Part shown: positions 38,619-48,454 of the stretch, one piece after another
How positions within the stretch are numbered: the first letter of the stretch is position 1
How the letters are laid out: each line of letters opens with the position of its first letter
Assembly (NCBI GenBank): GCA_047947115.1
Contig: CP170459.1
Coordinates: forward strand, 2,144,001 to 2,208,000
Origin: Verrucomicrobiota bacterium
GTDB lineage: Bacteria > Verrucomicrobiota > Verrucomicrobiia > Limisphaerales > AAA164-E04
DNA length: 64,000 bases
Direction: 5' to 3'
The notes under the pieces: model-generated
The model's input: the letters and a program-made list of their open reading frames with translations, nothing else
Databases searched by the model: none
Told to the model about the DNA's origin: nothing
Position numbers and translations under genes: made by a program

Positions 38619-39665
38619 TTAGTCCAGATTCAGCAGGTTGGGACGTGGTTTGTATTTCTTGCTCAATGCCAGGGCGGTTTCCAAATCTGGAATCCCCCCC
38701 GTGCAGGTAGGATCCGAAAGGGAGGCTGCTGCCGCGCACACTCCGACTTTGAGTGAGTGTTGGATTTCCCATCCTTCATGCAGGCCGTAGAGCATGCCCG
38801 AACAAAACGCATCTCCCGCTCCGGCGGACCCGGCAATGTATTTCTGCGGTAGTTTCAGCGAAGATTGCCAGAAATCGCGTCCATCCAATGTGCGGGCAAA
38901 AGCGCCTTCCGGGAAATGGATCACCACCAGCTCACGGATGCCGCATTGCAGCAAAGCGCCGGAGGCGTGCTTCAGCGCAACCGTGTCCAAATGGCCGTCA
39001 TCCGTGCGGATCTTGAATCCGGTGGTGCGTCCTGCTTCAAATTCATTGAGGATGCAATAATCGGTATATTTCAGCGCAGGCTGGACGATTTTGGCGAATC
39101 GATCGCTGTCTTCGCTGACCACGTCCACTGAGGTTTTCAATCCCGCTTTCTGGGCTTCGGCAAGCATGCGTGCGGCGCGTGTGCCGTAATGCTTGTCGGA
39201 ATCATCCATGGCGTCCAACAACAACAAATAGCCAAGGTGAAAAATGCTGGCGGTGGTTTTTTCAAAATCCAGTTCCTTTCCATCCCAGATCGCATTCGCC
39301 CCCCGATAATGAAAAAAGGTGCGTCGCCCGGTTTTCACTTCGGTCATGACATCCGTGTAGCTGGTATCCACTTCCTTCGTGGTCCGCAAATGTTTGGTCT
39401 GGATGTTATGGCGTTTGCAGTCGGCTAAAATGTAGTCTCCAAGGGCGTCCTTGCCAACGAGTCCGGCGGCTTGCAGGGGAAAGCCTGCTCCCAGTTTCGC
39501 GAGGTCGACGAGGATGTTGTAGGGAGAACCACCTGTTCCCTGTGATTGAGCGCTGATGTTGGCGAGAGATTCTCTTTGGGGGAACACATCGATCATCTTG
39601 ACCTGATCAATGATCCAGTTGCCTCCTGCGAGAATGCCCTTTCGTGTTTTCTTCCTGGCTGCCAT
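38619..39665 (-). CDS. PfkB/ribokinase family carbohydrate kinase
   Basis: TGGSPYN, GLVGKD, LNEFEA and GSAGAGDAF motifs. Confidence 0.92.
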   Translation of the reverse strand: MAARKKTRKGILAGGNWIIDQVKMIDVFPQRESLANISAQSQGTGGSPYNILVDLAKLGAGFPLQAAGLVGKDALGDYILADCKRHNIQTKHLRTTKEVDTSYTDVMTEVKTGRRTFFHYRGANAIWDGKELDFEKTTASIFHLGYLLLLDAMDDSDKHYGTRAARMLAEAQKAGLKTSVDVVSEDSDRFAKIVQPALKYTDYCILNEFEAGRTTGFKIRTDDGHLDTVALKHASGALLQCGIRELVVIHFPEGAFARTLDGRDFWQSSLKLPQKYIAGSAGAGDAFCSGMLYGLHEGWEIQHSLKVGVCAAAASLSDPTCTGGIPDLETALALSKKYKPRPNLLNLD

Positions 39666-39823
39666 GACTTGAGTGTCTATTCTATGATTGAACCCGGAGG
39701 GCCGGGGTGAACATGTCTATGGTCCATTCTCCCACGGCAATCTTCGGCTGCGTTGAATGGTATGCGCTCATTCACACTAGCTCCAGTCAAAAGAGAGGAG
39801 GATGAGATACCTTTTTTACATGC

Positions 39824-42800
39824 TTACTGGTTTCTCAAAGCGTCAAGGAAACGGCCGTTCAGTGCCGACTGGGCAGCAAGCCATGTCCAGACAAAGCCCG
39901 TTGTACAAATAACACCCAAGGTCGCCGCAAGGGATGCGTAAGGAATGTCTGCTCCGGGTGATTGGAGGCTGGGATAGACGGCCATCAATGCGCTGATGGT
40001 TCCAATCAACAGTCCGGCCATCAGTAAACCCACATGTTCGACCAGAACCAGCAACCGGATGCGATTCTTGGTGAACCCAACCGCTGCCAGCAATCCCAAC
40101 TCAGCCCGGCGATCCAATAAATTCCTCAGCACAACAGCCCCGAGTCCAAAACTTCCCAGAATCATTCCCAGACCTCCGAGTAACTGGAAAGTGGATAGAT
40201 AGGTGTTCTGCACAGCGTTGAAGGCTGACATGCGATCGATCGTATCGGTCAAGGTCAGTCCCTCGTCTTCCATCGCACGAGAAAGGTTTTTCGAAACGTC
40301 TTCCTTCTTTTCGGTCGGTGCATCCACAAGGAACACCTTGTATCCGGCCTCATTGGGAAACTGAGTGGTGAAGGCGGTTTCGGCGATGATGACGTTGCCT
40401 TGCAGTATGGAGTTGGCGATTCCGGCGACAAGACGCACTTTAAAAGTTTCGCCGTTTGTGTTCTGAAAGATCAGTATGTCTCCGACGCTCTTGCCCATGG
40501 CCCACATGATGGAGTTGAAATCGGCAATGCCGGGAATTGTGCCATCGGGTTCGTTCTTGGAAAGCAGGTCCCAGGCCGAGCCGTCTTCGGGAACCTTGGC
40601 CCAGGTTTGCGCGAAGGTGAATGCTTTGCGCGAGGCGAGTTCCTGCGGATTGACACCCAGTATTCTCGGACGTTGGGCACGATTCAGGTTCAGGCAACTG
40701 GCTTCTTCGCCGGCTCGTTGACGGAAGGAGACAAAGCGGACCCCTTCAAGATCTTCCGGGAAGAGATTATAGGATAAAGCGCCGTCTTCCGTGTTGAGAT
40801 CCTTGATGATAGGCTTGGAACTTTCGCCCCAGAATGCGAACCCGCCGGTTCCAGACGCCCGCTGGTCCGCATCCCGCAGGGCGTCCAGTTTGTTGGCTCC
40901 AACGGCGATGATTAGAAAGGATCCGCAGGCCAGCATGCTGACGGTGGCCAGGCTCCTCTTGCGGCGTCTGGAGGCATTGCGAAGCCCCCATTGAACCAGG
41001 CTGGGTGAGTGATCGCCTGATGCCGCCTGAAGTTTTCGCAGGTAGGCCGAGGCGAGCAGCAGTCCCGACACCAGCATCCATGCGCCGGCGCCGAAAAATG
41101 CCCCTGCCGCCTTGCTCGGGTCGCCCATGGCACCGAGCGCCGCTGCTCCGATCGCGCCCAGACCGCATGCTGATCCAATCAGAAACCATTTGGAAGATCC
41201 GCTGTTGCCCTTATCCAGCGTTTGCCCTTCCACCTGACTTTCGGTAAGCAGGACCTGAGCCGGTTTTTGGAGTTGTTTTCGCAGTCCAAACCAAAGAGTC
41301 AATCCGGCCACGGCAATGGAACCCACGAAACCTCCGGCCACGGTGGGAGGATTGAAGTGAAAGGTGAGGGAGGAAGTGCCGACGGCATCCCGCCAGATCG
41401 TGGAGAGGCCGTATAACATACCCTTGGCGTACAGCACGGCCAGGATCGCTCCCACGATGGTTCCCAGCAAACTCAACAGCACACCTTCTCTTAACAAGAA
41501 TTGCTTCAGCCGTTTGGGCGTCATGCCCAGTGCCATCAGGATGCCGGCCTCGCGTGTCCGTTGTTCAATGACGAATTGAAACAACAGGTTCATCAGGATC
41601 AATGCCGCAGTGATCAGGAAAAAACTGAACCCGATAAACAGTCCGCCGAAGTCCTGTGACTGTGAGACCGAAGCCCAGGCCTGTTGCTTGACGGGGATTG
41701 ACATGATGCCGATTTTGGCGGGGTCGAGGCGTTTCTGAATTTGCTGCGTGATCAGGTTGCGTTCTTCTTCTGTGGTCACGCCGGAGTACCTCACCGCCGT
41801 GAGGGAGCCGAATCGGTTCTTCCAGATTTCCTTGCCTCGGGCGAGGGTGATGAAGGCCTTGGGTGTTCCTTTGTGTTCTTCCCAGAAATCGTTATCCTTG
41901 GAACGTATCTTGTCCAAATCAATCGGGAAGCCCGTGTCCCAGTCCCGACAGTTGTCCGCGTCTTTCAAACCGGGAAAATCCGGCATGAATGTTGGATCGG
42001 CGTAGGGTTGTTCCAGTGGTACAATATCCCGAACAGTGAAACGCACCGAGGTTTCCTCGAGAGCACGTCCCAGACCGACGACGAAATAACTGAGATCAAT
42101 GCTGTCTCCCTGCTTGGCATCCAGGTCATCTGCGAGCCATTGGGTGATGACGATTTCGTCGTCTTTCATGTCGGTCGGGAGGAATCCGGACTCAGCGGCA
42201 GTCACCATCGAGAAGGGGGTTTCTCTGTCGCCCTTCTTGATTCCGTTCACGAAATAGGTCAGCAGTCCCTTGCCTTTTTCCGAAGCCTGGAGCGCTGAAT
42301 TCACGCTGACATCATTCATGAACACACGTTCGGAACGCAGTTCGTATCCAGTGCCTCCTGTGGCGTTCAGGTCCACCCAGTTCAATTGCGTGTCTTCCAA
42401 TGTCCAATGCTCCCTCAGTGTTTCCAGAGCGGCGGTACCGTCTGTGGGAGCGGTGGGTGTATCGGCGGACTGGGCGAGGAGCAGGAGATTGGCTTTACCG
42501 GGGGTTTCCAGTTCGGTTTGCAGAAACTCCAGATCGACAAATGCATTCCAGGGGGGGAGTTGGCTGGCGTGCAGGCTGAACCGGCCCATGGAGGCATCTT
42601 CGACAATGTGGGCAACGGTCAGGGTCAATGCCAGTGAGGTGTCCTCTTCCGGAGCCAGAGGGGCGTCGGGTGAAATGAGCGAAGGTTTTTGGACCCGCAG
42701 AATGATGTTGTCGCCCGGCTCGACTTTGAGTTGGCTGGCAAGTGCCCGACTCAAGGTGACCTCTTCTTTTCCAGGATGGGCATCCGGTGTCGGTTTCAGT

Positions 42801-43156
42801 CCCATGGACCAGAATTCAGGCCGCACGCCGATCAGTTGGGATTGATTGGCTCTTGCTTCTCCACCGGATGCCGAACCGACCGCGGGTAATTGGAGCGCGG
42901 ATGTGATGTCCGCGAACGGTTCTGCTTCCAGTGCATCGGCCAGTGCCTCCCGGAACAGCCGGTCGTTCCCCGTGATGACGGTATCAATGCGACCCAGCCG
43001 AGCCATTGCCATGTCGAGCAGACTGCCTCGCACGGAATCCCCAACCACCAGCGCTCCAATCAAGATGGAGGAGGCGATCACCGCGCCAAGAAAGGTTCCG
43101 ACGTGGGATTTCGCGTAGAAACTCAGACTGCGTATGAGAAATTTCCAGGCGTTCAT
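39824..43156 (-). CDS. ABC transporter permease, duplicated MacB/FtsX type
   Basis: GALVVGDSVRGSL; two FtsX-like TM blocks (EQRTREAGILMALG and DRRAELGLLAAVG). Confidence 0.9.
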   Translation of the reverse strand: MNAWKFLIRSLSFYAKSHVGTFLGAVIASSILIGALVVGDSVRGSLLDMAMARLGRIDTVITGNDRLFREALADALEAEPFADITSALQLPAVGSASGGEARANQSQLIGVRPEFWSMGLKPTPDAHPGKEEVTLSRALASQLKVEPGDNIILRVQKPSLISPDAPLAPEEDTSLALTLTVAHIVEDASMGRFSLHASQLPPWNAFVDLEFLQTELETPGKANLLLLAQSADTPTAPTDGTAALETLREHWTLEDTQLNWVDLNATGGTGYELRSERVFMNDVSVNSALQASEKGKGLLTYFVNGIKKGDRETPFSMVTAAESGFLPTDMKDDEIVITQWLADDLDAKQGDSIDLSYFVVGLGRALEETSVRFTVRDIVPLEQPYADPTFMPDFPGLKDADNCRDWDTGFPIDLDKIRSKDNDFWEEHKGTPKAFITLARGKEIWKNRFGSLTAVRYSGVTTEEERNLITQQIQKRLDPAKIGIMSIPVKQQAWASVSQSQDFGGLFIGFSFFLITAALILMNLLFQFVIEQRTREAGILMALGMTPKRLKQFLLREGVLLSLLGTIVGAILAVLYAKGMLYGLSTIWRDAVGTSSLTFHFNPPTVAGGFVGSIAVAGLTLWFGLRKQLQKPAQVLLTESQVEGQTLDKGNSGSSKWFLIGSACGLGAIGAAALGAMGDPSKAAGAFFGAGAWMLVSGLLLASAYLRKLQAASGDHSPSLVQWGLRNASRRRKRSLATVSMLACGSFLIIAVGANKLDALRDADQRASGTGGFAFWGESSKPIIKDLNTEDGALSYNLFPEDLEGVRFVSFRQRAGEEASCLNLNRAQRPRILGVNPQELASRKAFTFAQTWAKVPEDGSAWDLLSKNEPDGTIPGIADFNSIMWAMGKSVGDILIFQNTNGETFKVRLVAGIANSILQGNVIIAETAFTTQFPNEAGYKVFLVDAPTEKKEDVSKNLSRAMEDEGLTLTDTIDRMSAFNAVQNTYLSTFQLLGGLGMILGSFGLGAVVLRNLLDRRAELGLLAAVGFTKNRIRLLVLVEHVGLLMAGLLIGTISALMAVYPSLQSPGADIPYASLAATLGVICTTGFVWTWLAAQSALNGRFLDALRNQ

Positions 43157-43860
43157 GACTCTTCACAAGTGTGGAGATGTCCATCCTCCAGTTCCAGCAC
43201 GGTGGCCATGGATTGTGCCAGCTCCATGGAATGGGTGACGGTCACCAGAGTGATGTTTTCCTCGTGATTCAATTCCATCAACAACTGACCGAGGTTTTCG
43301 GAAGAAGTACGGTCCAGCGCTCCGGTGGGTTCGTCGGCCAGAAGGATTTTGGGTTTGTTGATCAAAGCCCTAACGACGGCGACCCGCTGACGTTCGCCGC
43401 CTGAAAGTTGGCCCGGTTTATGATCGATGCGGTGGTCCAGTCCAACCCGCTTGAGCAGTTTTCGGCCGCGTTCTTCGGCTTCGGCCATGCCATCGGATTT
43501 GGAGGTCGCCAGCAGGGGGACCAGCACGTTTTCCATGACCGACAATTGCGGGAGGAGGTGGTGCGATTGAAAAATAAAGCCTACGACCCGACGGCGAAAA
43601 TCGGATAATTCCTCTTCATCCGACTTGTTCAAGTATTGACCGGCGATGCGGACCGAACCATCCGTTGCCGTATCCAGCGCCCCCATGATGTTGAGCAGCG
43701 TGCTTTTACCTGAACCCGAAGGGCCGATGATGGCCATGGATTCTCCTTCGTAAACCTCAAGGTCGATCTCGGTAAGAACCCGTGTCAACGACTCCGAATC
43801 CCTGGTTCCATAAGATTTTGAAACCTTTTCAAGCAGCATGATGGGTTCCTTTGCGGACAT
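43153..43860 (-). CDS. ABC transporter ATP-binding protein (LolD/MacB-like)
   Basis: GPSGSGKST, LSGGERQR, LADEPTGALD and VTH motifs; ATGA overlap with the permease. Confidence 0.95.
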   Translation of the reverse strand: MSAKEPIMLLEKVSKSYGTRDSESLTRVLTEIDLEVYEGESMAIIGPSGSGKSTLLNIMGALDTATDGSVRIAGQYLNKSDEEELSDFRRRVVGFIFQSHHLLPQLSVMENVLVPLLATSKSDGMAEAEERGRKLLKRVGLDHRIDHKPGQLSGGERQRVAVVRALINKPKILLADEPTGALDRTSSENLGQLLMELNHEENITLVTVTHSMELAQSMATVLELEDGHLHTCEES

Positions 43861-43925
43861 ACCCTCACTAAACCGCAAAATCCACCGCTAGGCAAAGGAA
43901 TTTCCGTGATTTGCGTGCGTGTTCC

Positions 43926-44399
43926 TCATCCTAGCCAGGTGGAGTAGGGGTGGTTGGCAAGCATGGCGTTGAAGTAACGCGGATCACCTGATACCTCTTC
44001 CAACACCCATTCGGGAAGAATGATCTCCTGATCCGTCGATTCCAGTTCGATCTCCGCCAGAATAAGCCCTTTGTTGGCGCCCTCAAAGACGTCCACTTCC
44101 CAAAGCATGCCTTCGTGACGGGTGTAATAGCGGGTCTTTTCAATGAGACCCGCATCACAAAAATGTTCCAGCATATGGCTGGCATCTTCTGCGGGGATTT
44201 CGTATTCGAATTCTTCGCGCTGGATACCGTCACGTTTGGATTTCATGGTAAGATATCCGCGGCCTCCGAGCAATCTGACCCGCATCGAACAGGGGGCCAG
44301 GGAGGAGATGTAGCCTTGATGACAGTGAAGATGTCGTTCGGCCTGGTTCCAGGTTCCGTCCGGATCGACAAGAAATTTCCGTTCGATTTCAATTCCCAT
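43926..44399 (-). CDS. CYTH domain protein (triphosphate tunnel metalloenzyme)
   Basis: IEIERKF, RVR, REEFEY, EKTRY, WEVDVF and AEIEL motifs. Confidence 0.93.
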   Translation of the reverse strand: MGIEIERKFLVDPDGTWNQAERHLHCHQGYISSLAPCSMRVRLLGGRGYLTMKSKRDGIQREEFEYEIPAEDASHMLEHFCDAGLIEKTRYYTRHEGMLWEVDVFEGANKGLILAEIELESTDQEIILPEWVLEEVSGDPRYFNAMLANHPYSTWLG

Positions 44400-44428
44400 G
44401 ATGATGAAAGTGTCGGCTTGGCTGGAAC

Positions 44429-45352
44429 TTAAAAGGATGTCATGTCTGATGCCACCGGCAACTTGATGATGGATTGCCAGTTTTTCCGGATGAAAGCCTC
44501 GAATTCCGAGGGTTTTTCCTCGAAACCTGCGCGTGCAAATACCTTGCATTGATTCTCCAACGACTTCTCGCATTGTCTGATGCGCACATCACACCTGGCC
44601 AGTTGATCGGACGAAAAATCCTTGGCGGATACCTGATGGATGTGTTGCCGGTAAACATGAAGGTCGTGATGATTGCCGAGCAGCTTGCTGAGCTTAGACA
44701 AGACCTGCTCGCGTTTTTTCAACTTTTCGCACCCCATGGTTTCCAGGAAACGCAATTGATAAAGCAGGTGTTTCGTCCATTTGCGCCAGTCGTGAAACAA
44801 ATGCAGATCCTTTTCGGCGTAGGCGGTTCCAAATCGTTTCCTCGCCTTTCCATAGGTGATGCGCAGGCCGAGGATAATGGCGTCCTGTGAGGCGAGTGCC
44901 TTGTTTCCGGACTGGCGCTTCCAGAAAGTCGACTCAGCGTCCAATCGCTTTTCGACGGTCTTCCAGTCAATCGGTTCCAACGCAACCTCCTTAACTTGGT
45001 CGAGAAGCGGCATCAAGGCTCTCATGCTTTTGCCGGTCTTTTTTCCCGAAGTCTTTTTGAGCAGCATTGCGTGCGTTTTAAGGAGCACATCGCCATCTCT
45101 GCGGCCAGCCAGTTCAGTGGCGGCGGATTTGATGCGTTGATTGGCGCTGCGGTAGGAGTTCGGATGAACATGAGGACGGGTGAGTTGCTGCCGAGAACGG
45201 AGAATTTTAAGAATAATACGAATACGGTGCACCGCATCCTCCGTATCGGCTTGATCCGATCGAACGATCTTTCTGGCTTCATCCACCAACTCCAGGGTCG
45301 AATGAAACAGGCACCCCTCAGGGGAGGGGCTTATTTCCGCATTGGAATGCAT
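44429..45352 (-). CDS. CHAD domain protein (polyphosphate-binding)
   Basis: EDAVHRIR..KILRS, LAGRRDGDV, FHDWRKWTKHLLYQL and LGNHHDL motifs; start uncertain. Confidence 0.88.
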   Translation of the reverse strand: MHSNAEISPSPEGCLFHSTLELVDEARKIVRSDQADTEDAVHRIRIILKILRSRQQLTRPHVHPNSYRSANQRIKSAATELAGRRDGDVLLKTHAMLLKKTSGKKTGKSMRALMPLLDQVKEVALEPIDWKTVEKRLDAESTFWKRQSGNKALASQDAIILGLRITYGKARKRFGTAYAEKDLHLFHDWRKWTKHLLYQLRFLETMGCEKLKKREQVLSKLSKLLGNHHDLHVYRQHIHQVSAKDFSSDQLARCDVRIRQCEKSLENQCKVFARAGFEEKPSEFEAFIRKNWQSIIKLPVASDMTSF

Positions 45353-45500
45353 TACGACAAAACAGAAACAACTATACGACGATTGTGTTACGGCTTTGAA
45401 TCTAAGGATTCTTCGGGATAAATCGAGCGCGGAATTGTTACAATTGCTCATGAGCCGGTTTCCGCTTGCTGAAATGGGTCTGGTTCTTCAATCTCTACGC

Positions 45501-45788
45501 ATGTCGAAGACTGATTTTGATATCCATTATGTGGCGCGACTTGCCCGTTTGGAACTGGGCTCTGAGGAAGAGGAAACATTCGGGCGCCAGATCGAGCAAA
45601 TCATCCACTACGTGGAGCAACTCCAACAGCTGGATGTGGATCAAGTCCAACCCACCGCCCATCCCGTGCCTCTGACGAATGTGACGCGCCCCGATGAGGT
45701 GCGCGGTTCATTGACCAATGAGGAGGCCCTCATGAACGCGCCGGCCAAAGGGAATGGATTGTTCATGGTCCCCAAAATTGTCGAATAA
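45501..45788 (+). CDS. gatC: Asp/Glu-tRNA amidotransferase subunit C
   Basis: IHYVARLARL...PTAHP..NVTRPD...FMVPKIVE. Confidence 0.95.
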   Translation: MSKTDFDIHYVARLARLELGSEEEETFGRQIEQIIHYVEQLQQLDVDQVQPTAHPVPLTNVTRPDEVRGSLTNEEALMNAPAKGNGLFMVPKIVE

Positions 45789-45821
45789 ACATCGTATTTC
45801 ACCCTGTTTCCGATCATTTAC

Positions 45822-47282
45822 ATGGATTGTTTTCAAACACTTGCTTCACTCCGTCAGCGGCTCTTGGACGGAGAAATCACCTCCAAAGAGGTCGTGTCTG
45901 GTTTTCTTGGCCGGATTGAATCTGTTGATTCCGACCTGAACGCCTTGATTCATCTGGACAAGGAGGGGGCTTTGAAACAGGCCCAAACCGCCGATGAAGC
46001 CTTGGCATCCGATCCGGATGCCAGAAGCAAACCCCTAATCGGGCTGCCGGTTGTAGTCAAAGACAATATTGCCGAACGAGGTCAACCGCTTACCTGCGCC
46101 TCCAAAATACTGTCCAATTTCGTGGCGCCCTACGATTCGACAGTGGTGTCCAAATTGAAATCAGCCGGTGCCGTCCTGATGGGGCGTGCGAATCTGGATG
46201 AATTTGCCATGGGGAGTTCCACGGAGAATTCCGCCCGGGCGATTACCCGTAATCCATGGGATGCGGACCATATACCTGGCGGATCGTCCGGAGGTTCGGC
46301 CGCAGCTGTGAGCGCCGGTCTATGTGCTGCCGCGATTGGTTCGGATACGGGAGGGTCCATTCGTCAGCCTGCATCCTTTTGCGGTTGTGTGGGGTTGAAG
46401 CCTAGTTATGGACGTGTTTCCCGTTTCGGCTTGACTGCCTTTGCCTCATCGCTGGACCAGATCGGTCCCCTGACACGGGATGTGCGGGATGCCGCGACGG
46501 TTCTCAATGTGATTGCCGGGCATGATGAACGCGACTCAACCAGTGTTCCCAGGGAAACCGAGGATTATACCGCTCCACTTGGACAGGATATCAAGGGCTT
46601 GAAAGTCGGCTTGCCCAAGGAATACTTCATCGAAGGATTGGATCCGGCAGTCAAAGCGTCCATTGATGGTGCTGTCTCCCAGTTCCAACAACTGGGGGCC
46701 GAGATCGTTGAAGTATCTCTTCCTCACACCGAGTATGCCATTGCCACCTATTACATCATCTGTACTGCTGAAGCCAGTGCCAACCTTGCACGCTTTGACG
46801 GGATTCGATATGGCGCCCGTGTGGATGGAAAGGATCCGGTGGAACTTTATGCCAAAACGCGCGGCGCAGGTTTCGGATCAGAGGTAAAACGTCGAATTAT
46901 CCTTGGGACCTACGTTCTCAGTAGCGGCTATTATGATGCGTACTATTTGAGAGCCCAGAAGGTGCGTACACTGATTCGACAGGATTTCCAAAATGCCTTT
47001 GATCAAGTTGATTTGCTTTTGACTCCCACCGTGGCCGCGCCAGCTTTCAAAGTGGGCGAAAAATCGACGGATCCCTTGCAGATGTATTTGACCGATATTT
47101 TCACCATTTCTGCCAATCTGGTAGGTAATTGTGGTTTGAGTTTGCCTTGTGGATTCTCCGAGAATCCCAAACTCCCTATTGGTCTTCAGCTCATGGGACG
47201 CCCATTTGAAGAAGCCAACCTGCTCAAAGCGGCCTATGCCTACGAGCAATCAACCGACTGGCATAAAGCCTTCCCTTCTTAA
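45822..47282 (+). CDS. gatA: Asp/Glu-tRNA amidotransferase subunit A
   Basis: [36 protein letters not shown] and [11 protein letters not shown] motifs. Confidence 0.97.
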   Translation: MDCFQTLASLRQRLLDGEITSKEVVSGFLGRIESVDSDLNALIHLDKEGALKQAQTADEALASDPDARSKPLIGLPVVVKDNIAERGQPLTCASKILSNFVAPYDSTVVSKLKSAGAVLMGRANLDEFAMGSSTENSARAITRNPWDADHIPGGSSGGSAAAVSAGLCAAAIGSDTGGSIRQPASFCGCVGLKPSYGRVSRFGLTAFASSLDQIGPLTRDVRDAATVLNVIAGHDERDSTSVPRETEDYTAPLGQDIKGLKVGLPKEYFIEGLDPAVKASIDGAVSQFQQLGAEIVEVSLPHTEYAIATYYIICTAEASANLARFDGIRYGARVDGKDPVELYAKTRGAGFGSEVKRRIILGTYVLSSGYYDAYYLRAQKVRTLIRQDFQNAFDQVDLLLTPTVAAPAFKVGEKSTDPLQMYLTDIFTISANLVGNCGLSLPCGFSENPKLPIGLQLMGRPFEEANLLKAAYAYEQSTDWHKAFPS

Positions 47283-47479
47283 AGTGGGAATTCAGAAGGG
47301 TGGATGATGGGCGATTCCGTTTGCCAGTCACTTGCCGCCGGTAAGGCCTGGCGTTCCTGGCACGCCTTTGTGGCTCCCATCGGGTCAAATGCAGCAGGAA
47401 GCCAAAATCAATGGCATTCAACACTCTGCATCCGCATCGTTATCGTTCGCGGGCGGATGGATTCTATCTGATCGTGGAA

Positions 47480-48322
47480 TCAATTACCTGTTCTCACAGT
47501 CGTTCGTTCTGCCAGCCAGATGACATCGGGATTGTTCGGAGAAGCCACGTTCAGTTGTAGTGTATTGCTGTTTTCCACCCGAGGCATGGTTCGGGCATCC
47601 CGCCATTTCTTGATTTCGGCATGACCGTCGGCAAACGACAAACCTGCCGCTCCGTTGTGGTAACTCGCCGGGAAATCAATCATCCGGGCTGAACCGGGAT
47701 CTTCCACCATCTGGTTGGCATAGCCGCCCGCATTGATGCTGTCAGGGTGTTCGTCCAGCAGGACATAAAGATTGGAGGGGCCCGGATTGCCAAAGTCACT
47801 CGATTTCAGGAAAATCTTGTAAGATTTTTGGTTGTTTTGAAATCCGCTGCCGGGAGGAAGCCATCCGCCGGGGCCACCCATGGCCTGACTCATTCCCATG
47901 CTGCGAACCCTTGAATGACGTGTCCCATTTATCTGCACATAGCTGCGGTCTGCGGGGCAAAGGTAAACTTTGGTTGTTGGCAGATACGGAGCAAATTTGG
48001 CGCGTTTGGGATCAAGCAAATCCTGAATGTTGGTGTTATCCCGATTACTTGGATTGTAATCCAGCCATCCGCCTACCCATGCTCCCTCTTCCGTTCCACT
48101 GTTGCCCGGTTTGGTCAGGTAATCGCTGTTGTCGTCCGGATACATCAAGTGAGCCAGTTGCAATTGTTTCAAATTGTTCAGGCAAGAAATGCCCTGGGCT
48201 TTGGTTTTTGCCTTGGACAGGGCAGGGAGCAACATGCCGGCAAGAATGGCGATAATGGCGATCACGACCAATAATTCGATCAATGTGAATCCCCATTGAC
48301 GCTGACTTGAACGAGTGTGCAT
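47480..48322 (-). CDS. Prepilin-type N-terminal cleavage/methylation protein with H-X9-DG motif (paralog of 27614-28501)
   Basis: [57 protein letters not shown]. Confidence 0.92.
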   Translation of the reverse strand: MHTRSSQRQWGFTLIELLVVIAIIAILAGMLLPALSKAKTKAQGISCLNNLKQLQLAHLMYPDDNSDYLTKPGNSGTEEGAWVGGWLDYNPSNRDNTNIQDLLDPKRAKFAPYLPTTKVYLCPADRSYVQINGTRHSRVRSMGMSQAMGGPGGWLPPGSGFQNNQKSYKIFLKSSDFGNPGPSNLYVLLDEHPDSINAGGYANQMVEDPGSARMIDFPASYHNGAAGLSFADGHAEIKKWRDARTMPRVENSNTLQLNVASPNNPDVIWLAERTTVRTGN

Positions 48323-48397
48323 GCTGGATTAATGGAGCTCAGTGGCCGATTTGTCAATGTGGAATGCTTTTTGAAGGGCAATCGGTGAATGTGGAAT

Positions 48398-48433
48398 AAA
48401 AAAAGCGGGCTCCGATTGTCCGGAGCCCGCTTT
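48398..48433 (-). terminator. Rho-independent terminator of the SurA/PpiD-like gene
   Basis: GCGGGCTCCG-attgtc-CGGAGCCCGC with an A7 tract on the + side. Confidence 0.85.
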
Positions 48434-48454
48434 CATAAAACCATGATGAGAACC

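Noticed and set aside
43926..44573. ORF-track N-terminal extensions (also proB, gatC, CPXCG, CHAD, amidohydrolase)
   Set aside because: The extensions overlap neighbouring genes or precede the family-typical N-terminus, so internal starts were used.
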